From positions 138,696,001-138,760,000 of the forward strand of contig CM059432.1 in NCBI GenBank assembly GCA_030390025.1: DNA of 64,000 bases, given 5' to 3'. Of the stretch, positions 36,130-50,018 are shown piece by piece. The translations under genes and the position numbers were made by a program. Each line of letters starts with the position of its first letter. Position 1 is the stretch's first letter. This DNA is from Squalus acanthias (taxonomy: Eukaryota). The notes under the pieces are model-generated. The model did no database searches and had not been told where the DNA came from. It was given only the letters and a program-made list of their open reading frames with translations.

Positions 36130-36589
36130 AAAGGAAGAACTTGCATTTCTATAGCGCCTTTCACAACCTCAGGATGTCTCAAAGGGCTTTACAGTCAATG
36201 AAGTACTTTTGAACTGTTGTAAGGTAGGAAACTCGGCAGCCAATTTGTGCACAGCAAGCTCCCACAAACAGCAATGAGATAATGACCAGATAATCTGTTT
36301 CAGTGATGTTGGTTGAGGGATAAATATTGGCCCCAGGACACCGGTGAGAACTCCCCTGCTCTTCTTCAAAATGGCGCCACGGAAACCTTTATGTCCACCT
36401 GAGAGAGCAGACGGGACCTCGGTTTAATGACTCATCTGATAGACGGCACCTCCGACAGTGCGGCACTCCCTCAGTACTGCACTGGGAGTGTCAGCCTAGA
36501 TTTCGTGCTCAAGTCTCTGGAGTGGGACTTGAACCCATAACCTTTTGACTCAGAGGTGAGAGTGCCACCCACTGAGCCAGGGTTGACAC
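36130..36589 (-). mobile_element. Full-length DeuSINE
   Basis: Head, Deu core and tail. Confidence 0.88.
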
Positions 36590-39510
36590 CATGGAATTAG
36601 AAGAGAATTTCAAAATGAATCTTTAAGGGAAAGCGGTGATGGGTAATGAGGTTATTGAAACTGAATCAAAACCCAGCTCATTGTCCAAGTTTGCTTTTTA
36701 CCAATCATAAGTCAGGCAGCAAGCTTGCATAATTACTTGCTGTGAGTCAGCTTGATCTAATTAATAAATACGCACAAAGACCTGAAGCTGCATCAGAAAG
36801 CACTCCGAGACGCGCTCTTGTGCGAGAAGAGCGATATGAATGCAAGTTGTTCTTGCTAAACATTACAAACTGTTCAATATCTCACAAAGGCACTCAGGAC
36901 TGATTGGATGGTTTAGTCACGCTAGCAGACTTTGAATGAAGGAACTCCTCCATATACCGATCAGCAGGGCTCAGAGTAGAGGTAAAAATAACATTAACAA
37001 AAGTGGCAGTATCTGCACACACCAACTATGCCCCCAGATTAAAAGTGCCAGCATGGACTACAATCATTCTTCGAAATGCCAGTATGCTTTACCAGCACAT
37101 ATTTCCCCACTGCAGGCACTATTTCTGGGTTTGATGGCCTGATTGTATGCATAACTGCCTCTGTGAAGAACTCCACATTCTTCGAAGTTGATTAGGTTGG
37201 CAAACCAGATTTCAAAATCGAAATACAAGGTTGATGGACTGATCCTTTTAAATTAAGCCACTTGCTTCTATCATACAGAGGACCGCTTCCAACTATGGTA
37301 ACTGCCATGCGCTAAATAAATCTGTTAAAATTGATATATTCATCAAATAAAATATTGCCAAAAAAAGGTTGACACTATTTTGAAGTGTCTTAGGTTTCTA
37401 CCTCTTAGGTTCTATTTAGCCAGACTACACAAATTCTATTGAACTGTCGAGAATATTGTCAATACTCTACACAGAAAACTTGTTATAGCGATGACCAAAT
37501 TAGCACTGTTCAACTCAGGGAAGAAAAGGGAGAGGTCGAGGACAGGTTATTAACAACTATGCCTTCCTTGCTCATCAGTTCAGGACCATGCATTATAAAC
37601 CTGACTTGAAACGAGATAGAATAATTCTTTTAAATTATGCCACATCCTTCCAACAGGAAGAGAGCAGGTTGAAACAATGTGAACTGCCATATAGTGGATA
37701 AACCTTTCATCAAAAGACTGATCTGCTCACCAGTCCTGTGGTCTGAAACGTACTTCATTTCACTTCCAATGGAGAAAGAATGGGGGAGGTGGGGAGGTCA
37801 ATGAAGGGGTTAAATAAATTATAACGTACATCAATTTATTAGAATATACCTTACTAAGAAGCACTCCAAACAGGGATTTGTTTAGATTACCACAAGATTG
37901 TGGTAACAATATTTATGCTATATTTACCTAAATGAGGCAATAGGATGATATTTACTCCTAAGAATGGCTAAATATAGTCTTTTACAGAGTACAAGCACCA
38001 CCATAGTGGGAGGTTTGTTCTGATCTACATCTTTAAACTGACAAGCTGTAGAATTCCTAATGAATGCCTTCTTTCATCTGTATGTCTGTATATATTTGAC
38101 AGTATAAATATTTAGCAATATCTGAGTCAGCTTGTGATTTTACCCAGATGGACTGATTGATGTCCCAGTTTGACATTGCCAAAGATGATTTGTGCAGTTA
38201 TACAAAGTGTTTTTTTCCCCCCTCCTATTTCACTAGTAGCAATTAGACAGCTGATAGCAAACACTCTAAAGTGTCTTAAATAGTGAAAAATACTTTTTAG
38301 CAGTTACTGCTTTTTCACAGGAATAAATTAAACTTAAAAACATTTTGTAATATTAACAGATGAGCATTTTACCGGCGGAATTTATAGGGATAAAGTTGAA
38401 ATGCAAAGTAAATATATATACTGTACTCCAACAAAATATATCTGAATAATAGTTACTAAAAACAATTGTTAATGTAGAAATGCAAAACAATATTAACTTA
38501 CAGAACATTCTTAAATCGGCATGTCCCTGAAGTAAACTAAAAGAATATTGTTTTGATTTTTATGCCGATGGAAAAATGCTACTGCAGGCCTCAAAAGGGT
38601 TAAACACACCAGGGTTTTGCTCTTTGAATTTGCAAGAATTTAATCAATAAAAAAAAATCTAGCACTGAGAAAGTAAGTTGCATCAATCACATTCAAGCTT
38701 TTAATGTCAATTATTATATTAGATGTAAACTCCGATTTCCACAGATACAGAAATGGGATTAAATTACAGTTTAACTGCAGAAGTTCCATGTATCAATCTT
38801 CTCTTTTGAAGAAACCAGTATGTACTATTAGTTTGGCAATACAAACGATTCTGGATATTTGTGCTTAAAGCAGTAATATTGCTTTATTTTGGAGAGCCTA
38901 CAGAGACCAATTTTACACCCATCAAAAAAAAAACGTGTTGTACAAAACCTGCCTTCAACCGAATTTTCAGTCGCACTACAACATTCCCAGCAATTTTTCA
39001 AGCTTTGTAAATTAGTTATAGATAAGAACAACACTGAAAAAGTATTGCCTGGCTTTGGCTCCAGGGTCCATAAAATACTTAAGCGCACTGACAATGTAAA
39101 ATTCTTAAAACAAATAGAGCGGGGCTTTGTGACAAGTGAAGAAATGATGTCCGTTTGTTGTACAATTCAGCTGGTATAGACCTACAAAAAAAAGGTACTC
39201 TGCTGCAGCTGTGGCTCATGGAGATTTAGCTGGAGCGAGTTCCCATTAGTTTACTGGTTTTAGCTACGCTTGAGATGTGATTTAACCACCCCATTTGACA
39301 CAGTAACAACCCTCATTTTTTATGCAGTATTTTTTTTGGGGGGGGGGGGGGGTTGGAAATAAATAAAAATAAATGTATTCCATTCAAGGGCCGTTTTCCT
39401 TTTATTGGATTTGAATAGTAATAAATTTGCTATTGACCAGATATGGACTGTGTGGCCCTCAGGCTTAATCCAATGACCTCGATTCACTTGATTATTATGT
39501 ACTGTACCCT

Positions 39511-39546
39511 CAATCCATCAGCCTGCACGGACCCAATTACTGACAG
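39511..39546. promoter_or_regulatory. Candidate PBX-HOX plus MEIS/PREP composite site
   Basis: TGATGGATTG (minus strand, 39511-39520) lies 20 bp from TGACAG (39541-39546), inside an island without recognisable repeats. Confidence 0.35.
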
Positions 39547-41209
39547 TCACTGTGCTACTTTCTTCTAACCCAAAGAAAGAGAAAATAGCAAAACAGAGAG
39601 GGTACAGATGGTTAATTTTTATGAGTGATGACAGGTTTCAGACAATATACACACACAATATACATTGTCGGGGTAGAATTACGTACGCACAAATGAATGA
39701 AAAATGACTGAACTTGATGGGCAAAGTTTCAAATAAGCTGCATTGTTTCACAAAATATGTCATCAGGAAAAAATGTATTAACTCTAATCAGTGAAAATGG
39801 TGTGATTCATTGCTTAATTTCAAGATGCCAGGCTGTAAATTATATCAGGGCTGCCATAACTAATTTTTGCAGTACCGCGCCAGATGACAAATGAAATGTC
39901 CGAGCAACCACAAGTGAAAAGCTTCCATCTTTCTTTCACGGCTGAATATTACTTACTCTAATGATGTATAATAGCCTGGAACTACACTTAACCTGCGCAT
40001 TAAATGGCAGCAAAAACTGTTTACCTAAAGTTATGAAGAAAAACAGCAAAACCCATACCAAAGGAACTGAAGCTGGTATTTTAACCTCTGCTATACCAGC
40101 CCCATCCATTTTCACTAGGGATGATAAATGGCAGTATCGATTGATTGTGAAATTATTTTTCACAGAATATTGAATTTCAGCTGCCTGAACACTGAGCATT
40201 TTGTGCAGCACATTAACTTTTTCTGTCATATAATAACGTCATAATTACACCATGTAAAACTGTTATGATTAATATAGGTAAAGTATGAAAAATAGTAACA
40301 TGTCACAATATTACCCCTTTGTTGCCGTTGCCTACACAGACTATATATTGTGTAGGCAACTGCGGCAACTAGGTAATATATATATTTTTTTATCAGTTAT
40401 GACAGGTTTCAGATATAGATAGATATATATATAAACATATATGTATACACACATTGCACGTGTAACACACACACACACATGGAAATACAGTATGCCACAT
40501 GGCATAAAAAAGGAAAGTGAAAGAACTTGCATTTCTATAGCGCCTTTTACAACCTCAGGACGCCCCAAAGCGCTTCACAGCCAGTGAAGCACTTCTGAAG
40601 TATAGTCACTGTTGTAATGTACCTAAATACCTCGGCAATGTAACCAAATATCAAAGCCAACACTGCAACTGGCTAAATTATTTTGCTGTTTTTATTCAAC
40701 TTAAGTTGCATTCTCACTAATGCCCGTTTTCATAATTTAAAAAGTTAAACAAATTTTTTTTTTACCAACAATGCTATTCACACATGACTCCGAAGTCAAA
40801 AATATTTTAAGACTCTGAAAATAAATATTAAATAGATAGAAATGGAAGTAATGGCCTTGATTATAAGTATTTTTACATGCAAACATTGCTGAAATTTTGC
40901 AAACCTTATTTTTAGGTTTACAGTCTTTTTAACCACTATGGGAAACCCGAGTACTGTTCAGCAATTCAAAATAGATGAGCTCCCCCGACCCCCAAAGTTC
41001 CTGTTGGGTGTAGAAATTGTTAGAGAAAAGGAATGAGAGGAATCACGTGAGTTTAAAGAGACAGCTTTTCCCTCTTAAAAAAAACCCCACCTTATTTAAG
41101 TTGCAATTTCCCACTGAAGACAGTAAAATACACTATTTATGATCATTGTCATCATCCCATGAGGCGTTTAGTCCAATCCTAACGTTTCCCCATCATATCA
41201 TTCCACCTG

Positions 41210-41860
41210 GAGTCTGATAGAGAGAAACGATTTCCTCACAGAATCACAGAATCCCCACAGTGCAGATAGAGGCCATTTCGGCCCATCGAGCCTGCACCAA
41301 CACATATCCCACCCTATCCCCGTAACCCCACGTATTTAATCCCCCTAACACTAAGGGTCAATTTTATCATAGCCAAATCAACCTAACCCGCACATCTTTG
41401 GACTGTGGGAGGAAACCGGAGCACCCGGAGGAAACCCACGCAGACACGGGGAGAATGTGCAAACTCCACACAGACAGTCACCCGAGGCCGGATTCGAACC
41501 CGGGTCCCTGGCGCTGTGAGGCAACAGTGCTAACCACTATGTCACCATGTTGCCTCTGGTGGAAGATTCCAGAACAAGGGGGCGTAACCTTAAAATTAGA
41601 GCTAGGCCATTTAAGGATAATGTCGGGAAGCACTTCTTCACACAAAGGGTAGTGGAAATCTGGAACTCTCTCCCCCAAAAAAGCTGTTGAGGCTGGAGTC
41701 AATTAAAAATTTCAAAATTGAGATTGATAGATTTTTGTTAGGCGAGGGTATTAAGGGTTACGGAACCAAGGCGGGTAGATGGAGTTAAGATACAGATCGG
41801 CCATAATCCAACTGAATGGAGGAACAGGCTCGAGGGGCTGAATGGCCTCTTCCTGTTCTG
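41210..41860 (+). mobile_element. CR1 3' fragment interrupted by an HE1-type SINE
   Basis: CR1 sequence gatttcctc|tggtgg is split by the SINE. Confidence 0.8.
41237..41554 (-). mobile_element. HE1-type V-SINE
   Basis: tRNA head (ggttagcactgttgcctcacagcgccagggacccgggttcgaatcc), V-domain (tgtgtggagtttgcacattctccccgtgtctgcgtgggtttcctccgggtgctccggtttcctcccacagtccaaag) and CR1-derived tail. Confidence 0.9.
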
Positions 41861-42484
41861 ACGTTCTCTAGGCCTAGTTGCATGGGCAGTCAGCCCATGA
41901 AGCCTTTGCCCTTCAAGCCAACACAACTGACAACTTGCTATCATTTTTAGAAGCTGTTCTTTTTTTGCATTTTCATTGCGCTTAATTTATGAAGTACCTT
42001 ATTTTTTCCAGACACTTTTTCACACAATGCTGGAGAGTTTCCAGTCAGAGGGCTGGATGATGAAGTAATTTGGCACCCTGTCCTTTTGCCTTTGGGACCT
42101 GGCTTTGTGTCCAATTCAGGCTGGTGGGATGGAAGTAATTTCTTTCTGATGAGTACCAAGCAAAATTGGTTTGTGACAACGTCAACTCAATTCCTAATAA
42201 ACACAAAATTGTGCAACATGCGGCACAATCTTGGATAATCTCATTCACACAAGCTACAAGGCTTGCTTGTGTGGGAGAAGGAAGCTTTGTGCTGGTGTAG
42301 TTGCAAGGGCATGTCAAGGCAAGTTCTTGGAGCAGGGTAGAGGGCGATTTATTTTGCATGTTATATTGTACCATAAAGTACTTGATTCTGACATTGGATG
42401 AAGAGGAAAAGTATTCCAATACTTAGTTCCGTCATCTTCCATCTTGAACAACATACAAATTCAAATTTTTTTTTACAGTACAGC

Positions 42485-43211
42485 GGGCCAGATCTTGCTG
42501 GAGTGGGGCATCTCGCAGCATGCGCTGTTAGTTAAGACTTTTACTTTATTCTGTAACTTGCTGGGAGTGCGAGCTGATAATGGCACAGTGAGGGCAACGG
42601 GGCATCTGGGACCTTAGTGAATGGCGGGAACAACAGTCTGTCTCCTTAACCAATGAGATTTAAGGATTGAGAAATGATGGAGAAGGAACTCGGGCGAATT
42701 GGAGTCAAATCAGGTACAGAAAATGAAATAAAGAGAGGAAAAGAAAGATTGGATTAAGAGAGAGAGAAAAAAAGAGACAGAAAAGCAAAAGGAAGAAAAA
42801 AATTGACATTGTTTAAAAAAATCTAACAACAATTTACGACATGCAGGAATGAGAATTGAACAGTTTAAATTGTTTTCTTTCTGGGCCAGAGGGGTTGATT
42901 GGTATTGCATTAACAATTATCCTGTCGTTAAAAGCGTACTTACGCTGTTAAGTTCCAGCCTTAACTTTCTGCAGTGAGTTTAAAGGGCAACTAATGTGCA
43001 AATTCAGCAAGTTCTGAAAAGTAACGGGGTGGCTAAGGGCGAGATGCCATTTGTGCGAAGCAAACACCGGAGCGGCGTAAATCAACCAGAAGTTTTGGAG
43101 ATTCACAACTCACGGCGTGTCTCTTAATCCCATGAACTTGCTGGACGATTTGCGTATTAATAATGGCGTGCGTCTTTCACATGAGGTTATTTTTCCAGCA
43201 TGATTTGGCCC
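42485..43211. mobile_element. Harbinger-like MITE
   Basis: 18-bp TIRs gggccagatcttgctgga / tccagcatgatttggccc (16/18 match); 3-bp flanks agc / atc. Confidence 0.7.
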
Positions 43212-44499
43212 ATCGTTGAAATAAGTACTTTGCATTTATAGTACTTATGCCTCTAGACTTACAGTCATATTTACACTAAATTGCTTGAAAGAGAAGAGGT
43301 AAAACAGAACTTTATAGATACATTTTAATAGATGTTAGTGCCAGACATTTGGGTTTGATAACTTGTCGTATCTTAATTATTTGTTTGTACTGGATTTTTT
43401 TTTTGCCGCCATTGCTGTTTTAACTTTTTTTTTTAATACACTGTAATACAAAGAGTAATGCTGTAAAAAGGTCTTTACACAATTCGTCATGGCAAAGAGG
43501 AATACTTTGTAGAAGTGAACAATTATTGCTAAGATAACGCTGCCCTTTTGAACCAAGTGCTGAAATATCTGATTAGTTCTTGTGCTACACAGTTAGGCAT
43601 CCTGCTTTCGCCAAAGGGCCAGCTATTATTATTAACATCATTTGTCTGAATCATTACTCCGAACCTTGGTTCAGCAAACACTACGAGCGTGGCATTGTAA
43701 TAAATGACCACAGAAATCTTCTTAGCTTCAAGACGGTTTTTTTATCTGCCAACTCTCCACCATCAGCTCCATCTTTCTGAATCTCTCTAAATCCCCAAAA
43801 GGGATGGTGTGTCTATTTGTTTTCCACTAGGTTACCACTCTGTCTATTGTTATTTGGATTAAAAAGGGTGAATTCAATTCATTCATATGACATAAAAACC
43901 ACTGATACAGTCATTTTTTTTGCCCAAGAGGAAACACAAAAGACAAAGTTGCTGAACACAGGCTAAGACTAGCAGGATGCATAGCACCAACAAACCTTCA
44001 ACGGACTCTTCTCAATTCTTTTTAAACACACGTAACTTTTCACGGTTTGTAAAGATTGGAGAGTTTTACTTGAGGCGGCAGAGAAATAGGAATGATATTG
44101 ATTTGTAATTTATGAAATTAAACATTATCCTTCAAGATCAATTTACAGATAACAAGATAGCCATACCCATGTCAATAATTTTAGCTGGAAATCAATCAGA
44201 AGTCTTTTTTATTAGTGAATCATATTATCAATTTTCATAGAATCATACAGCACAGGAGGCCGCCATTCGGCCCATCGTGCCTGTGCCGGCTCTTTGAACA
44301 GGTGATGGTTAGAAAGCAGTGTGTTTCATCACTGTGACCCAGGAGTAAATCCAGGTGAGTCAGAAGCTTTCTTTCGAGTCTTATATAGTTAATTGCAGAT
44401 AATCCCTATTCAGTTCCCAGCACAAAACTCAACCAAAGTAGGGCAGTATTGTCTATCTATTAGGGCAGTTGTTTGAAAGGTGATAGGGAGGGCAAGAAA

Positions 44500-46281
44500 A
44501 CTGCTGGTACAATAAAGGACGACAGGGTAAGGCCACTCTTCAAAAAACCCCACCCTTGACCCCTCTGTCCTTCCAAACTACCGCCCCATCTCCAACCTCC
44601 CTTTCCTCTCCAAAGTACTTGAACGTGTTGACACCTCCCAAATCCGTGCCCATCTTTCCCACAACTCTGTTCGAACCCCTCCAATAGTTTTCCGCCTCTG
44701 CCAATGGACTGAAACAACAACAACAACAACTTGCATTTATATAGCATCTTTAACATAGTAAAATGTCCCAAGGTGCTTCACAGGAGCGTTATCAATCAAA
44801 ATTTGACACGAGCCACATAAGGAGATATTAGGGCAGAGGTAGGTTTTAAGGAGCATCTTAAAGGAGGATAGAGAGGTAGAGAGGCGGAGAGGTTTAGGGA
44901 GGGAATTCCAGAGCTTAGGGCCTAGGCAGCTGAAGGCACGGCCGCCAATGGTGGAGTGATTAAAATCAGAGATGTGCAAGAGGCCAGAATTGCAGGGTGC
45001 GCAGAGATCTTGGAAGGTTGTAGGGCTGGAGGAGGTTACAAAGATAGGGAGGGTCGGGGCCTTGGAAGAATTTGAAAACAGGGATGTGAATTTTAAAATT
45101 GAGGGATTGCTTAACTGGGAGCCCTAATCAAAGTCATAAATGTCATCCTCTGTGACTGTGACCATGGTGCACTATCCGTCCTCATCCTTCTCGACCTGTC
45201 TGCAGCCTTTGACACGGTTGACAACACCCTCCTCCTCCAATGCCTTTCCTATCCAGTCATAGCCAGATAATCTCCTGCAATGGCTTCTCCTCCTGCTCTC
45301 GCACTGTTACCTCTGGAGTCCCCCAAGGCCCCCACCACTATTTCTCATCTACATGCTGCCCCTTGGCGACATGATCCGAAAACATGATGCCAGGTTCCAC
45401 ATGTACGCTGACGATACCAAGCTCTAGCTCACCACCACCTCTCTCAGCCCGCCACTGCCTGTGTTGTCAGACTGCTTGTCGGACATCCAGTCCCGGATGA
45501 GTCTAAATTTCCTCCAATTAAACATCGGGAAGACCTAAGGCATTGTCTTCGGTCCCTGCCACAAACTTCGGCACCCCAGCTACCGATTCCATCCCCTTCC
45601 CTGGCCACGGTCACAGGCTAAACCAAACTGATCACAACCTCGGTGTCCTATTTGACCCTGAGCTAAGGACCCCATATTCTCTCCATCACAAAGATGTCTA
45701 CTTCCACCTCCATAACCTCGCCCGTCTCCACCCCTGCCCTCAGCTCATCTGCTGCTGAAACCCTCATCCATGTATTTGTTACCGCTGGACTCGACTATTC
45801 CAACGCTCTCCCGGCTGGCCTCCCATCTTCCGCCCTTCATAAACTTGAGCTCATCCAAAACTCTGCTACCCGTATCCTAACCCGCACCAAGTCCCGGTCA
45901 CCCATCACGACTGTGCTCGATGACCTACACTGGCTCCCGGTCCGGCAACACCTTGATTTTAAAGTTCTCATCCTTTGTGGGTTCAAATCCCTCCATGGCC
46001 TTGCTCCGCCCCATCACTGTAACCTCCTTCAGCCTTACAACCCTCAGAGAGCTCTGCATTCCTCCATTTCTGGCTTCATGCATCCCTCAATTCCTTTGCC
46101 CCACTACTGGAGATCATGCCTTCATCCATCTCAGGCCTAAGTTCTGGAATTCCCTCTCTAGCCTCTCGGCCCCTCTCTGCACCATTAAAACGCTCCTTAA
46201 AACCTAGCTCCTTGGCCAAGCTCCTGTGAAGCACCTTGGAATGTTTTACTATGTTAAAGGCGCTACAGGAATGCAAGTTGC
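44500..46281 (+). mobile_element. Degenerate L2 LINE ORF2 and 3' end, with nested antisense L2 3' fragment (44715-45120)
   Basis: YRPISNLPF; LLDLSAAFDTVD; GVPQG; YADD; LDYSNAL...LIQNSATRILT...LHWLPV; tail aaaggcgctacaggaatgcaagttg. Confidence 0.88.
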
Positions 46282-47786
46282 TGTGATCTCTGAATATATA
46301 TACATATGCTAAATTTGACCTAGGATAATGCATAATTGGGTATAAAGTGAGCAAAAATCTAATTTTCAACCCACTGCTGTCCCTCACAGACACAGGGGCA
46401 GGGGTCAAGCAACATGGAGATTTAATTTTAGTGCACATAACTTTAGTCAAAGGCAAACTACTGTATGCGATATTTAATCAGTTCAAACAATTTTTTTTTT
46501 TTTTAGGAAGGCATTGGCTAGAAAAGTTCTCTCCAAAAATGTTGACAAACAAGATTTTAGAAATGGTTTTGAAAAGCAGTCCAAATGTCATGAGACTTCC
46601 TATACACAGAATATGCAAACGTGGCCATGAACAGAAAAGAAACAGCTTATGCAGAATTTCCTCAAAGCTATTCTTCCTTCCACTTTTATTTTTTTTTATT
46701 AACTTTTACTTCTCTGACTTTATCGGAGTTGATCTTTCAGAGCTCTGAAGACAGTAGTACTAAAAGATGCTGAAATCTCAGCAGGGGTTAACCAGTTTCA
46801 GATTTATTTGTATTCAAATTGCTGGGATGCTCACTGCAGCAACAACTACAGGACTGTAAAGTGTCGGTTTTCATTTGCCTCTTGGTTTGCCTTTGCTACG
46901 ATAGTATTATTTTACTGACAATTACACTCATTGTAACTACGGTACTATTATATACTGTCCTTGCTGCTTGAAAAACTGCCATTTAAAAATACATCTTTCA
47001 TCACGTGTTTTGTGCGATATAATACAGCAAATACAGACAATCATTTGTTCGGAGGTCTGATCTCTTGTGCACAGACTCATGTTGGTAAGCCAGCATCCTC
47101 AGACTGCTGCACTGTATGGCTCATTGGGTCATTCTATAAACTCTATGCAAACCGTGCAACAGGTGTGGGGCGTAATAACATATAATGCACATCATTAGCT
47201 TACGATTTCACGACGGATTGCTCTGAAGACTCAGACTCCTGACAAACCAATAAAGAACTGTAAATCCTTGAGGCGTGCTTTCATTTATTTCATCAAATTT
47301 CGGTGACTCTTAAATCACAAACAATTACACAAGTTCTTAGCATCGGAGAAATTACGGCGTCAAACATCATAACATTTTTGTCACCACACAGGATGTCAAC
47401 GGTAGTTTAAAAGGTGGAGATCCAATTAGAGCCTAATCGACACTCTACAGAGATTAATTTTTTTTAATTTCAGTTTAATGAATGATAAATACTTGTTTCT
47501 TAATCAGTGTTCAATTATGCCAATAATTACCAACTGGTGAAAGCTACTATTGTGTTGATAATGACATTTCAGAATGCAAACAATTTTATAATTGAATGTG
47601 CTTCAGATCCCCATCCATTTCTAGGGGAAATGTAAAAGCAGCGAGTTGAAGTGGAAGTGACTTAAAATACGTATAATGAGAATGTTAACTGTTGTCTGCA
47701 TTCTGTAGTGTAATCCAGGTAAAATGTTTCAAGAGTGATTATAAAGGGGGGGGTGAGAGAAACGGGTTGCCTGGTAACCTCTCTCA

Positions 47787-48209
47787 GTGTCAGTCTTGGC
47801 TCAGTGCGTAGCATTCTCTCGCCTCCGAGTCAGTAGGTTGTGGGTTCGAGCCCCACTCCAGAGACTTGAGCACAAAAATCCAGGCTGACACACCAGCGCA
47901 GTGCCGAGGGAGTGCTGCACTGTCGGAGGTGCTGACTTTCGGATGAGACGTTAAACCGAGGCCCCGTCTGCTCTCTCGGGTGGACGTAAAAGATCCTATT
48001 CCGAAGAAGAGCAGGTGAGTTATCCCCGGTGTTCTGGACAATATTTATCCCTCAATCAAAAAAACCCAGGCTATCTGGCCATTGTCACGTTGCCGTTTGT
48101 GGGAGCTTGGTGTGTGCAAATTGGCTGCCTCATTGACTAAATTCATTGGCTGTAAAGTGCTTTGGGGGCGTCCTGAAGTCAATAAAGGCGCTATAAATGC
48201 AAGTCTTTC
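47787..48209 (+). mobile_element. DeuSINE
   Basis: Head, Deu core and tail. Confidence 0.85.
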
Positions 48210-48696
48210 ATTTATTTTCCCTCTATGCTGGCTGTGTAAGAGCAAGCTCCGAGTGGATGTGCGTCTACAGCAGAAAAACGGTTCACAATTCAAAGCTAAT
48301 TAGCGTTTTGTTCGCGCACCAGCGCGGTGTGTTACGAAGGGGTGGGACACAGATTCGTTCTTGCGATATCGTACATGCCAAGTTCACAGTCTGTGCTGTG
48401 GGAAAACGCAGAGTAACAGTAAAGCATTCACTCACACCATCTCATAACCATGTAGAACTGATTGATACTAGTAAAGAAAAATTGAGCCCATCAAGTCTCA
48501 GCCATTTTGGAGTGAAGCTCACTCATTTTGGTTAGAAAATCACCTATTTTTAAAGTATCTCACTTTAAAAATAAGATACACTTCTATGTGACGAAATAGG
48601 TCTGCAAATGTTCTGGGGTTTTTTGATCGTAAATATCACTCCTAAGCTCCTCTGATGTTGACAGCTCATGTTAAGGCACATTTAATAGGGAAGACT

Positions 48697-49055
48697 ATCT
48701 CTGTAACCTCTTCCAGCCCTACAACCCTCCAAGATCTCTACGCTCCTCCAATTCTGGCCTCTTGCACAGCCCCGATTTTCATCGCTCCACCATTGGCGGA
48801 CGTGCTTTCAGCTGCCTAGGCCCTAAACTCTGGAATTGCCTCCCTAAACCTGTCCGCCTCGCTACCTCTCTCCTCACCTCCTTTAAGAAGCTCCATAAAA
48901 CCTACCTCTTTGACCAAGCTTTTGGTCACCTGCCCTAATATCGCCTCATGTAGCTCAGTGTCAAATCTTGTCCGATTATGCTCCTGTGAAGCGCCTTGGG
49001 ATGTTTTACTACATTATAGGCGCTGTATAAATGCAAGTTGTTGTCGTTATTGTTG
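48697..49055 (+). mobile_element. L2 3' fragment
   Basis: Same family as 3352-3782; (ttg)n tail. Confidence 0.85.
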
Positions 49056-49062
49056 AGGACAA

Positions 49063-49724
49063 GAGACCTGATTTTGACCTGGAGGGTGTGAGGTGAGCGT
49101 GGAGCAGGTGGAGCAAGCGGCAGGCCCACCCCGTCTCGCCGGCGTGAGGCCTGGGCCATTTTAACTCCCGGGTCTCATTATCATAGTGCAGATGCAGCTC
49201 CTGCCTGAACCAGGCATGAATGATGCAAGGCCAGCGTGGCGGGCGCGGGACGAGAGCGTCAGGTCGCCACTGGGGACGCACGGAAACGGCCCGTGGCAGT
49301 GAGGTGAGTTTGGCGGCGGGGGGTGTGTGTGAGTGGGGGGAGGGGGTGGGGGCAGGGAGAAAAGCCGTACGTGATCGTGGAGTGGGCAAGTGGAGGCTCA
49401 AGGTTTCCATGTAGGGTCTGTTCCTCCTGCTTCTCCTGGCCCACATTCAATGAATTGAAACATTTTTTTTTATATGATCAGGCCTCTTTTGCCCCTGGGA
49501 GCCTTCTCACATGGCCAGATTCCCCCAGACGCGATCGGTACACGTGCAAACCACGAGGCCCAGGTTTAGAATGACATCGGGTCCGAATGTCGACACCAGA
49601 CCCTGGCTTTTGCATGTCAATGAGGCCCACGCCTGACTGGGATGAGGGCCTCACACACTGCTCATAACACAACTATTAAAATGAGGTGGTCGGAAGTGCG
49701 GGTGCCACGCCAATATTTAACCCC
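49063..49724. mobile_element. GC-rich degenerate MITE-like element
   Basis: gacctgattttgacc start and ggccattttaac...ggtctcatt internal block, shared with ~29760-29890; right end unclear. Confidence 0.4.
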
Positions 49725-50018
49725 TTGCATGCAAAATTCCACAAACAGCAATGAGATAAATGACCAGATAATCTGTTTTTAGTGATGATGGTTGAGGGAT
49801 AAATATTGGTCCAGGACACCAGGAGAAATAGAAGTTGTGGGATCTTTTACATCTGCCTAAGAGGGCAGACGGGGCCTCGGTTTAACATCTCATCCGAAAG
49901 ACGGCGCCTCCGACAGTGCAGCACTCCCTCAGTACCAGCACCGGGAGTGTTAGCCCTAGATTTTGTGCTCAAGTCTCTGGAGTGGGACTTGAACCTACCA
50001 CTGAGCCATGGTTGACAC
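49725..50018 (-). mobile_element. DeuSINE with internal deletions
   Basis: Head remnants plus Deu core. Confidence 0.8.

Noticed and set aside
42040..42230. Possible LF-SINE-like relic (also ~44300-44445)
   Set aside because: Only vague similarity by eye; needs a Dfam nhmmer search.
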